NCBI GenBank assembly: GCA_031555415.1
Contig: JAVBUL010000047.1
Location: 28,497 to 92,496 of the forward strand
Direction of reading: 5' to 3'
From: Lachnospiraceae bacterium
GTDB lineage: Bacteria; Bacillota; Clostridia; Lachnospirales; Lachnospiraceae
DNA: 64,000 nt
In this document: positions 29,109-39,059 of the stretch, in pieces
How the letters are laid out: every line of letters begins with the position of its first letter
Position numbering within the stretch: position 1 is the stretch's first letter
Notes under the pieces: model-generated
What the model saw: only the letters and a program-made list of their open reading frames with translations
What the model was told of the DNA's origin: nothing
The model's database searches: none
Position numbers and translations under genes: made by a program

Positions 29109-29633
29109 ATGGATTTCATTATTTTTCTGTCGCAAATAATAATCCCTGTAATGGTTGTGTACATAGTAGGATTTGGCCTTCTAATGAAGGTAAATATATT
29201 TGATGAGTTTGTAAAAGGTGCATGGGATGGATTAAAAACTGTCTCTAAGTTAGTACCTACACTAATAGGGCTTCTTGTAGCAGTGGGTGTAATGAGAAGT
29301 TCCGGACTATTAACGTTTTTGTGCGAAAAGATAGGTTCATTAGTAAGCTTAATAGGCTTTCCCAGGGAACTGGTTCCCCTTTCTATAATAAAAATGTTTT
29401 CTGCATCCGCAGCAAATGGACTATTATTTGATATTTTTAAAGAATATGGAACCGATTCATTTATAGGGTTGGCAGCATCTATTATGATGAGCTGTACAGA
29501 AACAGTATTATATTGTATGAGTGTATATTTTGCAGTTACAAAGGTTACAAAAACACGTTGGACACTTGCAGGAGGGCTTATAAGTACAACAGTTGGTGTA
29601 GTGGCAAGTGTAATAATTGCCAGTTTAATGTAA
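29109..29633 (+). CDS. spmB: Spore maturation protein B
   Basis: FDEFVKGA, PTLIGLLVAV, MSCTETVLY and KTRWTL motifs; 174-aa membrane protein. Confidence 0.85.
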   Translation: MDFIIFLSQIIIPVMVVYIVGFGLLMKVNIFDEFVKGAWDGLKTVSKLVPTLIGLLVAVGVMRSSGLLTFLCEKIGSLVSLIGFPRELVPLSIIKMFSASAANGLLFDIFKEYGTDSFIGLAASIMMSCTETVLYCMSVYFAVTKVTKTRWTLAGGLISTTVGVVASVIIASLM

Positions 29634-29702
29634 ATTTGCTATAATTATTTCACGATAAGAAAAGAGCACTAAGTGGTCTAAGCGAGAAAGGAATAATATA
29701 TA

Positions 29703-30755
29703 ATGAGATACCCTGAATATTTAAAAAAAAATGGGACAATAGGATTTGTAGCACCATCGTTTGGTTGTAATATTAACCCTTACTTGGATGCCTTTAATAA
29801 TGCAAAAAGTAAATTTGAAGCAATGGGATATGGTTTGGATTTAGGCCCTAATTGTTACTTGGGGGAAGGTGTTGGAATAAGCAATACCCCTAAAAAATGT
29901 GGTGATGAGCTAACAAATTATTATTGTAGTGAAAATAATAATGTTTTACTATCTTGTGGTGGTGGAGAATTAATGTGTGAAATTCTTGATTTTGTAGACT
30001 TTGATAGGATTAGAGAGGCAAATCCGAAATGGTATATGGGTTATTCTGATAATACGAATTTTACATTTTTACTTACTACATTATGTGATACAGCATCTAT
30101 TTATGGGCCTTGTGCACCATCATTTGGTATGGAACCATGGCATGATTCATTAAAAGATGCAATTAATTTGATTACAGGTAAATTTTGTGGAAATAATAAT
30201 GAAATAGTGATAGATAGCTATGATAAATGGGAGTTAGAATCTTTAAAGACTCCAGAAAATCCGTTTGTACCATATAATTTGACACAAAAGACAAGCATAA
30301 AAAAATATCTTGGATATGATGAGGTGATGGGTAATCTTAATTTTGAAGGAAGACTTTTAGGTGGCTGTATGGACTGCCTTAAAACACTAATTGGGACAAG
30401 GTATGATAATGTTAAGAACTTTTGTGAAATGTATAAGGATACTGGAATTATATGGTTTTTAGAGTCTTGTGAACTTAATTTGATGGACATAAGGCGAACA
30501 ATGTGGCAGATGGAAAGTGCCGGATGGTTTAAATTTGTAAAAGGCTTTATTATAGGAAGACCACAACGCTATGATGAAGAGATTTTTGGTATCAACCAAT
30601 ATGAAGCAATACTTTCGGTTGCAGGTAAGTACAATGTTCCGATTGCTATGGATGCAGATATTGGACATCTTCCACCCATGATGCCGATAGTAACAGGTAG
30701 TTTAGGACATGTAACGACAAATGGAGACAAGCTATCACTAAAAATGAAAATGTAG
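29703..30755 (+). CDS. LD-carboxypeptidase, peptidase S66 family
   Basis: VAPSFG, GYSDNT nucleophile, FLES and DIGH. Confidence 0.88.
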   Translation: MRYPEYLKKNGTIGFVAPSFGCNINPYLDAFNNAKSKFEAMGYGLDLGPNCYLGEGVGISNTPKKCGDELTNYYCSENNNVLLSCGGGELMCEILDFVDFDRIREANPKWYMGYSDNTNFTFLLTTLCDTASIYGPCAPSFGMEPWHDSLKDAINLITGKFCGNNNEIVIDSYDKWELESLKTPENPFVPYNLTQKTSIKKYLGYDEVMGNLNFEGRLLGGCMDCLKTLIGTRYDNVKNFCEMYKDTGIIWFLESCELNLMDIRRTMWQMESAGWFKFVKGFIIGRPQRYDEEIFGINQYEAILSVAGKYNVPIAMDADIGHLPPMMPIVTGSLGHVTTNGDKLSLKMKM

Positions 30756-30820
30756 TACAAAAGACTATTGACATTTTGAAAAAATGGTAATATTATATTA
30801 TGTAGTAATGAAAACTACAT
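30750..30820 (+). promoter_or_regulatory. Sigma-A promoter flanked by two palindromic operators
   Basis: TTGACA(30768)-17-TATTAT; ATGTAGT-N7-ACTACAT at 30800 and imperfect ATGTAGT-N7-ACTATTG at 30750. Confidence 0.65.
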
Positions 30821-30863
30821 CAGGTAGAAACCAAAACATAAGGAGTTATAACGGAGGTTCAAT

Positions 30864-31571
30864 ATGGAAGAAGTAAAAGAAGTTATGGGCGACTTCGTAA
30901 TGGAGATGAGACAGGAAAAGAAGCATAGAATTCCATTACCAGACTACACATTAGGAGAAGAATTGATAAGTGCAATTTCTCATGGTATAGGAGCGGCACT
31001 TGCTATTGCAGGATTAGTACTATGTATAGTAAGGGCAGCAAAAATGGGAAGTGGCATAGCAGTGGTTAGCTCTTCACTATATGGAAGTATGTTGTTTTTG
31101 CTTTATATGATGTCAACGATTTATCATTCATTAAAGCCAAATAGAGCAAAAAGAGTATTTAGGGTTTTTGATCATTGTACAATATTCCTTCTTATAGCAG
31201 GAACATATATACCTATAGTCTTAGTAGCAATAGGGGGAACGATAGGTTGGATATACTTTGGAGTGATTGTAGTATCAGCAATAGTCGGAATAGTATTCAA
31301 TGCAATTGATGTTGAGAAGTATCAGAAAATATCACTGTTTTGCTATATTTTCATGGGTTGGGTAATCGTTTTTGGATTTAAGGCATTGACTCAAGCCGTT
31401 GCCAAAGAAGGCGTTATCTTACTTATAGCCGGAGGAGTAACCTATACATTAGGTGCTGTTATATATGCAATAGGAGATAATCATAGATATCTTCACTCAA
31501 TTTGGCATTTTTTTGTACTAGGAGGAAGTATACTCCATTTCTTTACAATTTATAGTTATGTATTAGTCTGA
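30864..31571 (+). CDS. Hemolysin III / PAQR family membrane protein
   Basis: EELISAISHG, STIYH, DHCTIFLLIAGTY and HSIWHFFV. Confidence 0.92.
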   Translation: MEEVKEVMGDFVMEMRQEKKHRIPLPDYTLGEELISAISHGIGAALAIAGLVLCIVRAAKMGSGIAVVSSSLYGSMLFLLYMMSTIYHSLKPNRAKRVFRVFDHCTIFLLIAGTYIPIVLVAIGGTIGWIYFGVIVVSAIVGIVFNAIDVEKYQKISLFCYIFMGWVIVFGFKALTQAVAKEGVILLIAGGVTYTLGAVIYAIGDNHRYLHSIWHFFVLGGSILHFFTIYSYVLV

Positions 31572-31583
31572 AATATTTTATAG

Positions 31584-31615
31584 AATCTCGCCGGATGATG
31601 ACGGCGAGATTTTTT
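31584..31615 (+). terminator. Intrinsic terminator
   Basis: AATCTCGCCG...CGGCGAGATT followed by a T-run. Confidence 0.8.
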
Positions 31616-31686
31616 GTCATGCTAGTATTATTAAATTAATTGTGGTACTATAGATAGAAAATAATTAGTAAAAAGGAAAGAAGACA

Positions 31687-32322
31687 ATGAGATTAAGAAA
31701 TATTAAAGGTTCAAAAGAAACAATTGAAAGCAGTGAATTTGTTATAGATAGGCCGGAAGATTATAAGGGAAAATGGAATGAAGTTTTTGGTAATGAGAAT
31801 CCTATATATATAGAAGTAGGTATGGGCAAGGGAAGATTTATTACTGACCTCGCAAAAATGAATCCTGATATAAATTATATTGGAATTGAAAAGTATTCAA
31901 GTGTGCTTGTAAGAGCGATTGAAAAGAGAAGTAAAATAGATATACCTAATTTGTATTTTATAAGAATGGAAGCAGAGAATATTTGTGATGTATTCGAAAA
32001 AGAAGAGATTTCAAGAATATACTTGAATTTTTCAGATCCATGGCCAAAAGACAGACATGCAAAGAGAAGATTAACCTCAAAAGAATTTTTTGCTAAATAT
32101 GATGTTGTGTTAGTAAAAAATGGAAGAGTTGAGTTTAAAACAGATAATGTAGACTTATTTAATTTTACAATAGAGGAAGTGCCACTAGCAGGATGGAATA
32201 TTGTGGAATATACATATGACCTGCATAAAAGCCCAATGTGCGAAGGAAATGTAATGACAGAGTACGAAGAAAAGTTCTCCTCTATGGGCAATTCTATAAA
32301 CAAATTGGTTGCAGAAAGATAG
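31687..32322 (+). CDS. trmB: tRNA (guanine-N7)-methyltransferase
   Basis: EVGMGKG, NFSDPWPKDRHAKRRLT, FKTD and MTEYE. Confidence 0.95.
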   Translation: MRLRNIKGSKETIESSEFVIDRPEDYKGKWNEVFGNENPIYIEVGMGKGRFITDLAKMNPDINYIGIEKYSSVLVRAIEKRSKIDIPNLYFIRMEAENICDVFEKEEISRIYLNFSDPWPKDRHAKRRLTSKEFFAKYDVVLVKNGRVEFKTDNVDLFNFTIEEVPLAGWNIVEYTYDLHKSPMCEGNVMTEYEEKFSSMGNSINKLVAER

Positions 32323-32451
32323 AATGACTTACTTTATTAAAAAAAGAATAAAGAAAATGAATTAATTGTGAAAATAAAATATAAAAACTATGGCTTTACT
32401 TTTTTTTTAAAAGTAGTAAGATAGCAATATAACAAAAAGGAGGAAATATCA

Positions 32452-32778
32452 GTGGAAGAAAATAAGATTGACCAAGTTATTGTAGCTTTGTCCAAAATTG
32501 AATCAACGGCTGTAGGAATCCAAGAAGAAAGTGAAAGAGAAAAAAATCAGTATTATAAAATGATTGTTGACAAGATAAAAGACTTTGATGAAAGTCTTTT
32601 AGAGGAGCATAGAGTAAAAATGTCAGAGTTGTCGAAGAAGCTTGAAAGTGAAAAGGAAGAAGAACTATCGGCTATGAAGGATGAGACACATGTATTGATT
32701 TCGTTTTTAGATAAGGCATATCAGAAAAAACATGAGAAGTGGGCTAAGGATATATTAGAACAACTTATTAAGGAGTAG
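32452..32778 (+). CDS. Probable V/A-type ATPase peripheral stalk subunit G/H
   Basis: 108-aa charged coiled coil, first gene of the V-ATPase operon. Confidence 0.55.
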   Translation: MEENKIDQVIVALSKIESTAVGIQEESEREKNQYYKMIVDKIKDFDESLLEEHRVKMSELSKKLESEKEEELSAMKDETHVLISFLDKAYQKKHEKWAKDILEQLIKE

Positions 32779-32780
32779 GT

Positions 32781-33821
32781 ATGGGTAACTTAACGGAGTA
32801 TAGTGCTCTTACTACTAAAATAAGAGCAATGCGAAAAAATCTCATATCAGAAGATGAATATGCTAAATTAGCAGAGCTTAGCAATGTTACAGAGTTTGCA
32901 GAGTTTTTAAAAGGCCATAAGTCATATCAAAAGCTATTAGGTGATAAAGATGCAAGCGAATTACATCGAGAAACCTTAGAACAGGCTATTATGCATTCGG
33001 TATATCAGGATTTTACTAAAATGTATAGATTTGCTGACATAGAACAACGCAAGTTTCTGAATTTGTACTTTGTAAGATATGAGCTAAAAGTTATTAAAAG
33101 AGCAATAAGAAGGTGCAGTGATGAGTATATGACTAAGAGTCTATACGGAACACTTGAAAAGGCTTTTGATAGTTTTTCAAGTCTTGATATTAAGGCGATT
33201 CTTGATGCAGATGATATACTGGGTATTATACAGTCTCTTGAAGGGACGGTTTACTATGATGTTTTACAAAAAGTTTCAGAGTATCCAAATTCAAAAAATG
33301 CGGATTACGAAATAGCATTAGATTTATATTATTTTAAAAATATTTGGAAGAAACGAAAAAGGTATTTTAAGGGGAATGAATTAAAGACTCTAACGGATTG
33401 TATTGGTTCAGAGATAGATATGTTAAATATACTATGGATATATAGAGCCAAGAAGTTTTTTAAAATGACATCTAGTGAAATTGCTGCGATGTTAATACCA
33501 ATTAATTATAGAATTAAAAAAGAAAAAATGCAGCAACTCATCGAAGCGGCAGATGTGAATGAATTAATTGGTATTGTGGAGGGAACGTATTATTCAGTGC
33601 TATTTGCAGACGAAGGAAACAATAGGTTTAGTGTAGAGAAGATATATCGAAGTCTGGTACAAAGAATATATAGGAAGTATTATAAATTGGAACCTTATTC
33701 TCTTGCAGTCATGAATTCATATTTACGAGATAGGGGCGTAGAGATGGATAAATTGACAACTATTATTGAATGTATACGATATGGATACCCGCCTGAAGCA
33801 ATAATAAAACAGATGTTATAG
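32781..33821 (+). CDS. ntpC: V/A-type ATPase subunit C
   Basis: TKIRAM N-terminus, EIDMLNILWIYR; operon position. Confidence 0.8.
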   Translation: MGNLTEYSALTTKIRAMRKNLISEDEYAKLAELSNVTEFAEFLKGHKSYQKLLGDKDASELHRETLEQAIMHSVYQDFTKMYRFADIEQRKFLNLYFVRYELKVIKRAIRRCSDEYMTKSLYGTLEKAFDSFSSLDIKAILDADDILGIIQSLEGTVYYDVLQKVSEYPNSKNADYEIALDLYYFKNIWKKRKRYFKGNELKTLTDCIGSEIDMLNILWIYRAKKFFKMTSSEIAAMLIPINYRIKKEKMQQLIEAADVNELIGIVEGTYYSVLFADEGNNRFSVEKIYRSLVQRIYRKYYKLEPYSLAVMNSYLRDRGVEMDKLTTIIECIRYGYPPEAIIKQML

Positions 33822-33833
33822 GAGGTAATAAAA

Positions 33834-35750
33834 TTGATAGCAAAAATGTATTTTGTAACTATTACCGGTCCACGTAACGATATAGATAGAATTGTAGACA
33901 AATATTTGTCGAAATATGAGATACAGCTAGAATATGCGCCATCAGAGTTGAAAACAGTGAACACTCTTTATCCGTATGTTGAGCAGAACCCGTATAGAGA
34001 ACAAATAAGTCACATTGATGAACTTGCAGACATTATAGGAAGACCAGATAATGTAATTTCGGATATGGATATTTTAGATGCAGTGCAAGTAATTTCGGAT
34101 TTATATGGATATGTGCAAGCGGGAAATGAAATGGTAAATAGTTTAAAAAAAGAAGAAGAAAGACTTAAATTTAAGTTAGATAAAGTACTTCCATTTAAAA
34201 GTTTGAATTATAATATTGGAGATATTCTTAATTTTAAATCAATTAGGTTTAGGTTTGGAAGAATTCCACATGAATATTATAGGAAGTTTATTGCTTACGT
34301 AGATGAAGACCTAGAGTCAATTTTTATTAAGGCAACGGAAGATGAACACTATGTATGGGGTGTTTACTTTGTATCTATTATAGATGAAGATGGAGTAGAT
34401 GCGGCATATTCATCCTTGCATTTTGAAAGAACATTTATTCCAGAAGATATAAATGGAACACCGCACGAAGAGGTTGAACGACTTTCCGGTCCTATTAAGG
34501 AATTCCAAGAAAGTGCTGAACATGAAAAACAAAAACTAAAAGAAAAGCTTATTGAAAACAAAGATAGATTTTTTGAGGCATATATTGCAATAAAAGACTA
34601 CATTGCAAATTTCGAGATTAGAAAATATGCTGCATGTACCAGAGATGAAGGCGTTGCATATTACATTCTGTGTGGTTGGATGACAGAAGATGATGCAAAA
34701 GTCTTTAGTGAAGAAATGGCAAATAATGAACCAGATACTATATGCATAGTGGATGAAGAATATAATATCACGGATAGTAGTCCACCTACAAAGCTTAAGA
34801 ATCCAAGGTTTTTCAAGCCATTTGAGATGTTCATTAGAATGTACGGAACTCCGGCATATAATGAGATTGATCCAACGATATTTGTTGCACTTACTTACAC
34901 CTTTATATTTGGAGTAATGTTTGGGGATGTTGGTCAAGGGCTGTTTCTTATGATAGGTGGTTTTGCTCTTTACAAAATAAAGAAAATGGATCTGGCAGCT
35001 ATCATTTCATGTGCAGGATTCTTCTCAACAATATTCGGATTTATGTTTGGCAGTGTCTTTGGATATGAGGATATTATTAAACCGATATGGCTGAGTCCGT
35101 CACACAAGATGACAGAATTACCAATGCTTGGAAGTTTAAACACAGTATTTGTTATTGCTGTTGCATTCGGTATGGTTGTTATCTTGATTGCACAGGTTAT
35201 GCATATAATAAATGCACTGAAGGCTAAAGACACAGAAAATAAATGGTTTGATGCAAACGGTTTGGCGGGGCTTGTATTCTATGGCTCGGTAGTAGGCGTA
35301 TTAGTATTGTTTATGCTTGGCAAACCATTACCAGCGGGAATTTTACTTATAGCAATGTTTGGAATTCCTCTTATTTTAATAGCATTAAAAGAACCTTTGA
35401 CACATTTGGTAAAGAAAAAGGCAGCAAAGATTGAAGGCGGTATAGGAATGTTTGCTGTTCAGACATTTTTTGAAATGTTTGAGGTGCTTTTAAGTTATTT
35501 TTCAAATACAGTTTCATTCGTTAGAATCGGTGCTTTTGCAGTTAGCCATGCAGCCATGATGCAGGTTGTTATGATGTTGGCAGGAGCAGAAAACGGAGGA
35601 GCAGGAAATATATTAGTTGTAGTTTTTGGAAATATTTTCGTTGTTGCACTTGAAGGTCTTATCGTAGGAATACAGGTGCTTCGTCTTGAATATTATGAAA
35701 TATTTAGCAGATTCTACAAGGGAACAGGAAGAGAATTTAAGCCTTTTTAG
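33834..35750 (+). CDS. ntpI: V/A-type ATPase subunit I (a)
   Basis: PPTKLKN, EIDPT, MFGDVGQG, SFVRIGA and LRLEYYEIFSRF. Confidence 0.9.
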   Translation: MIAKMYFVTITGPRNDIDRIVDKYLSKYEIQLEYAPSELKTVNTLYPYVEQNPYREQISHIDELADIIGRPDNVISDMDILDAVQVISDLYGYVQAGNEMVNSLKKEEERLKFKLDKVLPFKSLNYNIGDILNFKSIRFRFGRIPHEYYRKFIAYVDEDLESIFIKATEDEHYVWGVYFVSIIDEDGVDAAYSSLHFERTFIPEDINGTPHEEVERLSGPIKEFQESAEHEKQKLKEKLIENKDRFFEAYIAIKDYIANFEIRKYAACTRDEGVAYYILCGWMTEDDAKVFSEEMANNEPDTICIVDEEYNITDSSPPTKLKNPRFFKPFEMFIRMYGTPAYNEIDPTIFVALTYTFIFGVMFGDVGQGLFLMIGGFALYKIKKMDLAAIISCAGFFSTIFGFMFGSVFGYEDIIKPIWLSPSHKMTELPMLGSLNTVFVIAVAFGMVVILIAQVMHIINALKAKDTENKWFDANGLAGLVFYGSVVGVLVLFMLGKPLPAGILLIAMFGIPLILIALKEPLTHLVKKKAAKIEGGIGMFAVQTFFEMFEVLLSYFSNTVSFVRIGAFAVSHAAMMQVVMMLAGAENGGAGNILVVVFGNIFVVALEGLIVGIQVLRLEYYEIFSRFYKGTGREFKPF

Positions 35751-35817
35751 AATAAAATTAAAAATATTAAAGAAAAAATAAAGAAAACTGTCAAGTACAG
35801 TAAATGGAGGAAAAGTC

Positions 35818-36246
35818 ATGTTAGCAGTAAAAATTACATTAGTTATAGCACTTATTCTTAGTTTTGTAGTACCATTTGGGGCTTATGCAATTGGAGAAAA
35901 ATCAAGAGGCAGATATAAAAGAGCATTAGCAGTAAATGTCGGAACGTTTTTTACAGTACTTTTATTTGGTATTATTTTTGGTTTTGCAACTACAGCAAAC
36001 GCTGCAGAGGCAACATCTACAGCAAGTGGTTTGTCAACAGGACTTGGCTATTTAGCAGCGGCATTGTCAACAGGTCTTTCAGGTATCGGTGGTGGTATCG
36101 CAGTAGCAAGTGCAGCAAGTGCGGCTCTTGGAGCAATTAGTGAAGATTCAAGCATGTTTGGTAAGTCAATCGTATTTTTAGGACTTGCAGAAGGTATTGC
36201 ATTATATGGTCTTATCATAGCTTTCATGATACTTGGAAAACTATAA
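35818..36246 (+). CDS. ntpK: V/A-type ATPase proteolipid subunit K (c)
   Basis: Hairpin with carboxylate motif LAEGIALYG; hydrophobic N-terminal extension. Confidence 0.88.
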   Translation: MLAVKITLVIALILSFVVPFGAYAIGEKSRGRYKRALAVNVGTFFTVLLFGIIFGFATTANAAEATSTASGLSTGLGYLAAALSTGLSGIGGGIAVASAASAALGAISEDSSMFGKSIVFLGLAEGIALYGLIIAFMILGKL

Positions 36247-36300
36247 GAAGCCATTGTAAGTCTTCTTTTGAAGTTAGAATTTCTATAGGAGGTTTAATGA

Positions 36301-36609
36301 ATGAAGACGTTTTTAATTAGTGATAATGTGGATACTGTTACAGGAATGAGAATTTCAGGAATTGAAGGTCTTGTGGTTCATGAGAAAGAGGAACTACTGA
36401 CAGCTTTGGATACTGTATCAAAAGATAAGGAAATAGGACTATTGTTTATTACAGAACTACTAAGTTCTATTTTTCCGGAAATCATAACAGATATTAAGAC
36501 GAACTGGAAAAGACCATTAATATTAGAAATACCTGATAGGCATGGAAGTGGCAGAAGGGCAGATTTTATTACTTCATATATAAACGAAGCAATTGGAGTT
36601 AAGCTGTAA
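36301..36609 (+). CDS. V/A-type ATPase subunit F
   Basis: SDNVDTVTGMRISG, PLILEIP and AIGVKL. Confidence 0.88.
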   Translation: MKTFLISDNVDTVTGMRISGIEGLVVHEKEELLTALDTVSKDKEIGLLFITELLSSIFPEIITDIKTNWKRPLILEIPDRHGSGRRADFITSYINEAIGVKL

Positions 36610-36639
36610 GGAAGAAATGTCAAACAAATTGGAAAGAAG

Positions 36640-37221
36640 GTGGAGCTATTGACTACAGAGGAAAAGATAATGCATTTTACTGCGGTTACAATAGAGAACA
36701 TGCAATGTCAATGTGACGAGTCATTAGAACAGTATAAAGACAAAATGGATGAGTATTTTGAAGAACATAAGAAAGAGGCACTCAAACATTCAAAGCTCGA
36801 AGAGCAAATAGAAATAGATGGAATAAATAGAAAAGCAAGTAAAGAGTTTACAACGGAACAGCTTCATATAAGACGTAAGTATAATAATAAGCAAGAAGAG
36901 TTGCAAGATAAGCTTTTTGTAGAAGTTAAAGAGTTACTTAAGGAATATTCTAAGACAGAAGGCTACAAGAACTTATTGATTAAGCAAATAAAAGAAGCGA
37001 TAAGAGTGGCAAGAGGTGAAGAAATAACGATATTCATTGATGCTATGGACATTGATTTAAAAGAAGATTTGGAAAAAGAGACAGGTGTAAAGCTTGTTAG
37101 CGATGGTCGTACTTTTTTCGGTGGAATAGTTGCTGAAATACCATCAAAAAATATTCTAATAGATAATTCGTTTGAATCAAAACTAGATATTGCTAAAGAA
37201 AACTATACAATAACTTTCTAA
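36640..37221 (+). CDS. ntpE: V/A-type ATPase subunit E
   Basis: Coiled coil followed by GGIVAE...IDNSFESKL. Confidence 0.8.
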   Translation: MELLTTEEKIMHFTAVTIENMQCQCDESLEQYKDKMDEYFEEHKKEALKHSKLEEQIEIDGINRKASKEFTTEQLHIRRKYNNKQEELQDKLFVEVKELLKEYSKTEGYKNLLIKQIKEAIRVARGEEITIFIDAMDIDLKEDLEKETGVKLVSDGRTFFGGIVAEIPSKNILIDNSFESKLDIAKENYTITF

Positions 37222-37252
37222 TAACAATTATTAATGAAAGGATATAATAGAT

Positions 37253-39016
37253 ATGAAGACTGGAATTATATTTGGAATAAATGGACCAATCGTATTTATA
37301 AGTGGAAAAACTGATTTTCTTATGGGTGAAATGGTATATGTAGGTGAAGAGAAATTAGTCGGAGAAATTATATCATTAACCAGTGACTTGACAACAATCC
37401 AAGTGTATGAAGAAACCAGCGGACTAAAACCAGGTGATAAGGTGTATGGAACAGACAGTGCTATTTTTGTTACGCTTGCACCAGGAATATTGAATAATAT
37501 ATTTGACGGAATAGAGAGACCATTAAGTGCAATAGCAGAAGACTCAGGAATATATATTTCCAGAGGAATCAGCGTGGATTCTCTGGATACAGAAAAAAAA
37601 TGGGATGTTCATGTAACGATAGAAAAAGGTCAGGTAGTATTTCCGGGAACTGTTATAGCAGAGGTTCCGGAAACTAATGCTATTGTACATAAATCCATGA
37701 TACCGCCAAATCTTGAAGGTGAAGTAATAAGCGTTGTTTCGGATGGACAGTACACTATAAAAGATACAATCGCAGTAATTCAATTAGATGATGGAACAAA
37801 AAAGGAACTTACATTAACACAAAAGTGGCCAATCAGAGTACCAAGACCAACATTGAAGAGATTTTCTTCATCAAAGCCATTGGTTACAGGACAAAGAATA
37901 TTAGATACATTATTCCCTATAGCAAAAGGTGGAACGGCAGCAGTTCCGGGAGGATTTGGAACCGGAAAGACAATGACTCAACATCAAATTGCTAAGTGGT
38001 CTGACGCAGATATAATTGTTTATATTGGTTGTGGAGAGCGTGGAAATGAGATGACACAGGTATTGGAAGACTTTTCTGAACTTGTGGACCCAAAGACAGG
38101 TAATCCATTGATGGATAGAACTGTTCTTATTGCAAATACATCAAATATGCCGGTTGCAGCTAGAGAGGCTAGTATTTATACGGGAATTACTCTTGCAGAA
38201 TACTATAGGGACATGGGCTATCATGTAGCTATTATGGCCGATTCAACCTCCAGATGGGCAGAGGCACTTAGAGAACTTTCTGGTCGTCTTGAAGAAATGC
38301 CAGCGGAGGAAGGATTTCCTGCTTACCTCGCAAGTAAACTTTCTGCTTTTTATGAAAGAGCAGGATATTTTGGTAATTTAAATAGTACAGAAGGTTCCAT
38401 ATCAATAATAGGTGCAGTATCTCCACAGGGTGGTGACTTCTCAGAACCTGTAACACAAAATACAAAACGTTTTGTAAGATGCTTCTGGGGACTTGATAAG
38501 TCGCTTGCATATGCCAGACATTTTCCGGCAATTCATTGGTTAACAAGTTATTCTGAGTATCTTTCAGATTTAGCACCATGGTATACAGAAAATGTAGGTC
38601 CGGATTTTGTAAGATGCAGAAATCAAATATTAGCATTACTAAATCAAGAAAGTAGCTTAATTGAAATCGTAAAACTTATCGGAAGTGATGTACTTCCTGA
38701 TGATCAAAAACTTACACTTGAAGTAGCAAGAGTTATAAGACTTGGATTTCTACAACAAAATGCATTTCACAAGGAAGATACTTGTGTGCCGTTGCAAAAG
38801 CAGTTAAAGATGATGCAGACGATACTTTATCTTAATGAGAAATGTAAGTCATTGGTTGCACAAGGAATGCCAATGTCAATTCTTAAAAAGGACAATGTAT
38901 TTGAAAGGGTAATAGCTATAAAATATGATGTTCCTAATGACAAGTTAGAAATCTTTGATGAATATAAAAAAGAGATAGATGGTTTTTATGATAAAGTATT
39001 AGCAGAAAACAAGTAA
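37253..39016 (+). CDS. ntpA: V/A-type ATPase catalytic subunit A
   Basis: P-loop GGFGTGKT, GCGERGNEM, ADSTSRWAEA and EEGFPAYL. Confidence 0.96.
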   Translation: MKTGIIFGINGPIVFISGKTDFLMGEMVYVGEEKLVGEIISLTSDLTTIQVYEETSGLKPGDKVYGTDSAIFVTLAPGILNNIFDGIERPLSAIAEDSGIYISRGISVDSLDTEKKWDVHVTIEKGQVVFPGTVIAEVPETNAIVHKSMIPPNLEGEVISVVSDGQYTIKDTIAVIQLDDGTKKELTLTQKWPIRVPRPTLKRFSSSKPLVTGQRILDTLFPIAKGGTAAVPGGFGTGKTMTQHQIAKWSDADIIVYIGCGERGNEMTQVLEDFSELVDPKTGNPLMDRTVLIANTSNMPVAAREASIYTGITLAEYYRDMGYHVAIMADSTSRWAEALRELSGRLEEMPAEEGFPAYLASKLSAFYERAGYFGNLNSTEGSISIIGAVSPQGGDFSEPVTQNTKRFVRCFWGLDKSLAYARHFPAIHWLTSYSEYLSDLAPWYTENVGPDFVRCRNQILALLNQESSLIEIVKLIGSDVLPDDQKLTLEVARVIRLGFLQQNAFHKEDTCVPLQKQLKMMQTILYLNEKCKSLVAQGMPMSILKKDNVFERVIAIKYDVPNDKLEIFDEYKKEIDGFYDKVLAENK

Positions 39017-39059
39017 TTTCTAAACATAAAGGCATCAAATGCGTGAAAGAGGTGTAGAT

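Noticed and set aside
458-31611. Similar CTCGCC...GGCGAG stems at 458-488 and 31584-31611 as a repeat family
   Set aside because: The shared core is short and both are adequately explained as intrinsic terminators.
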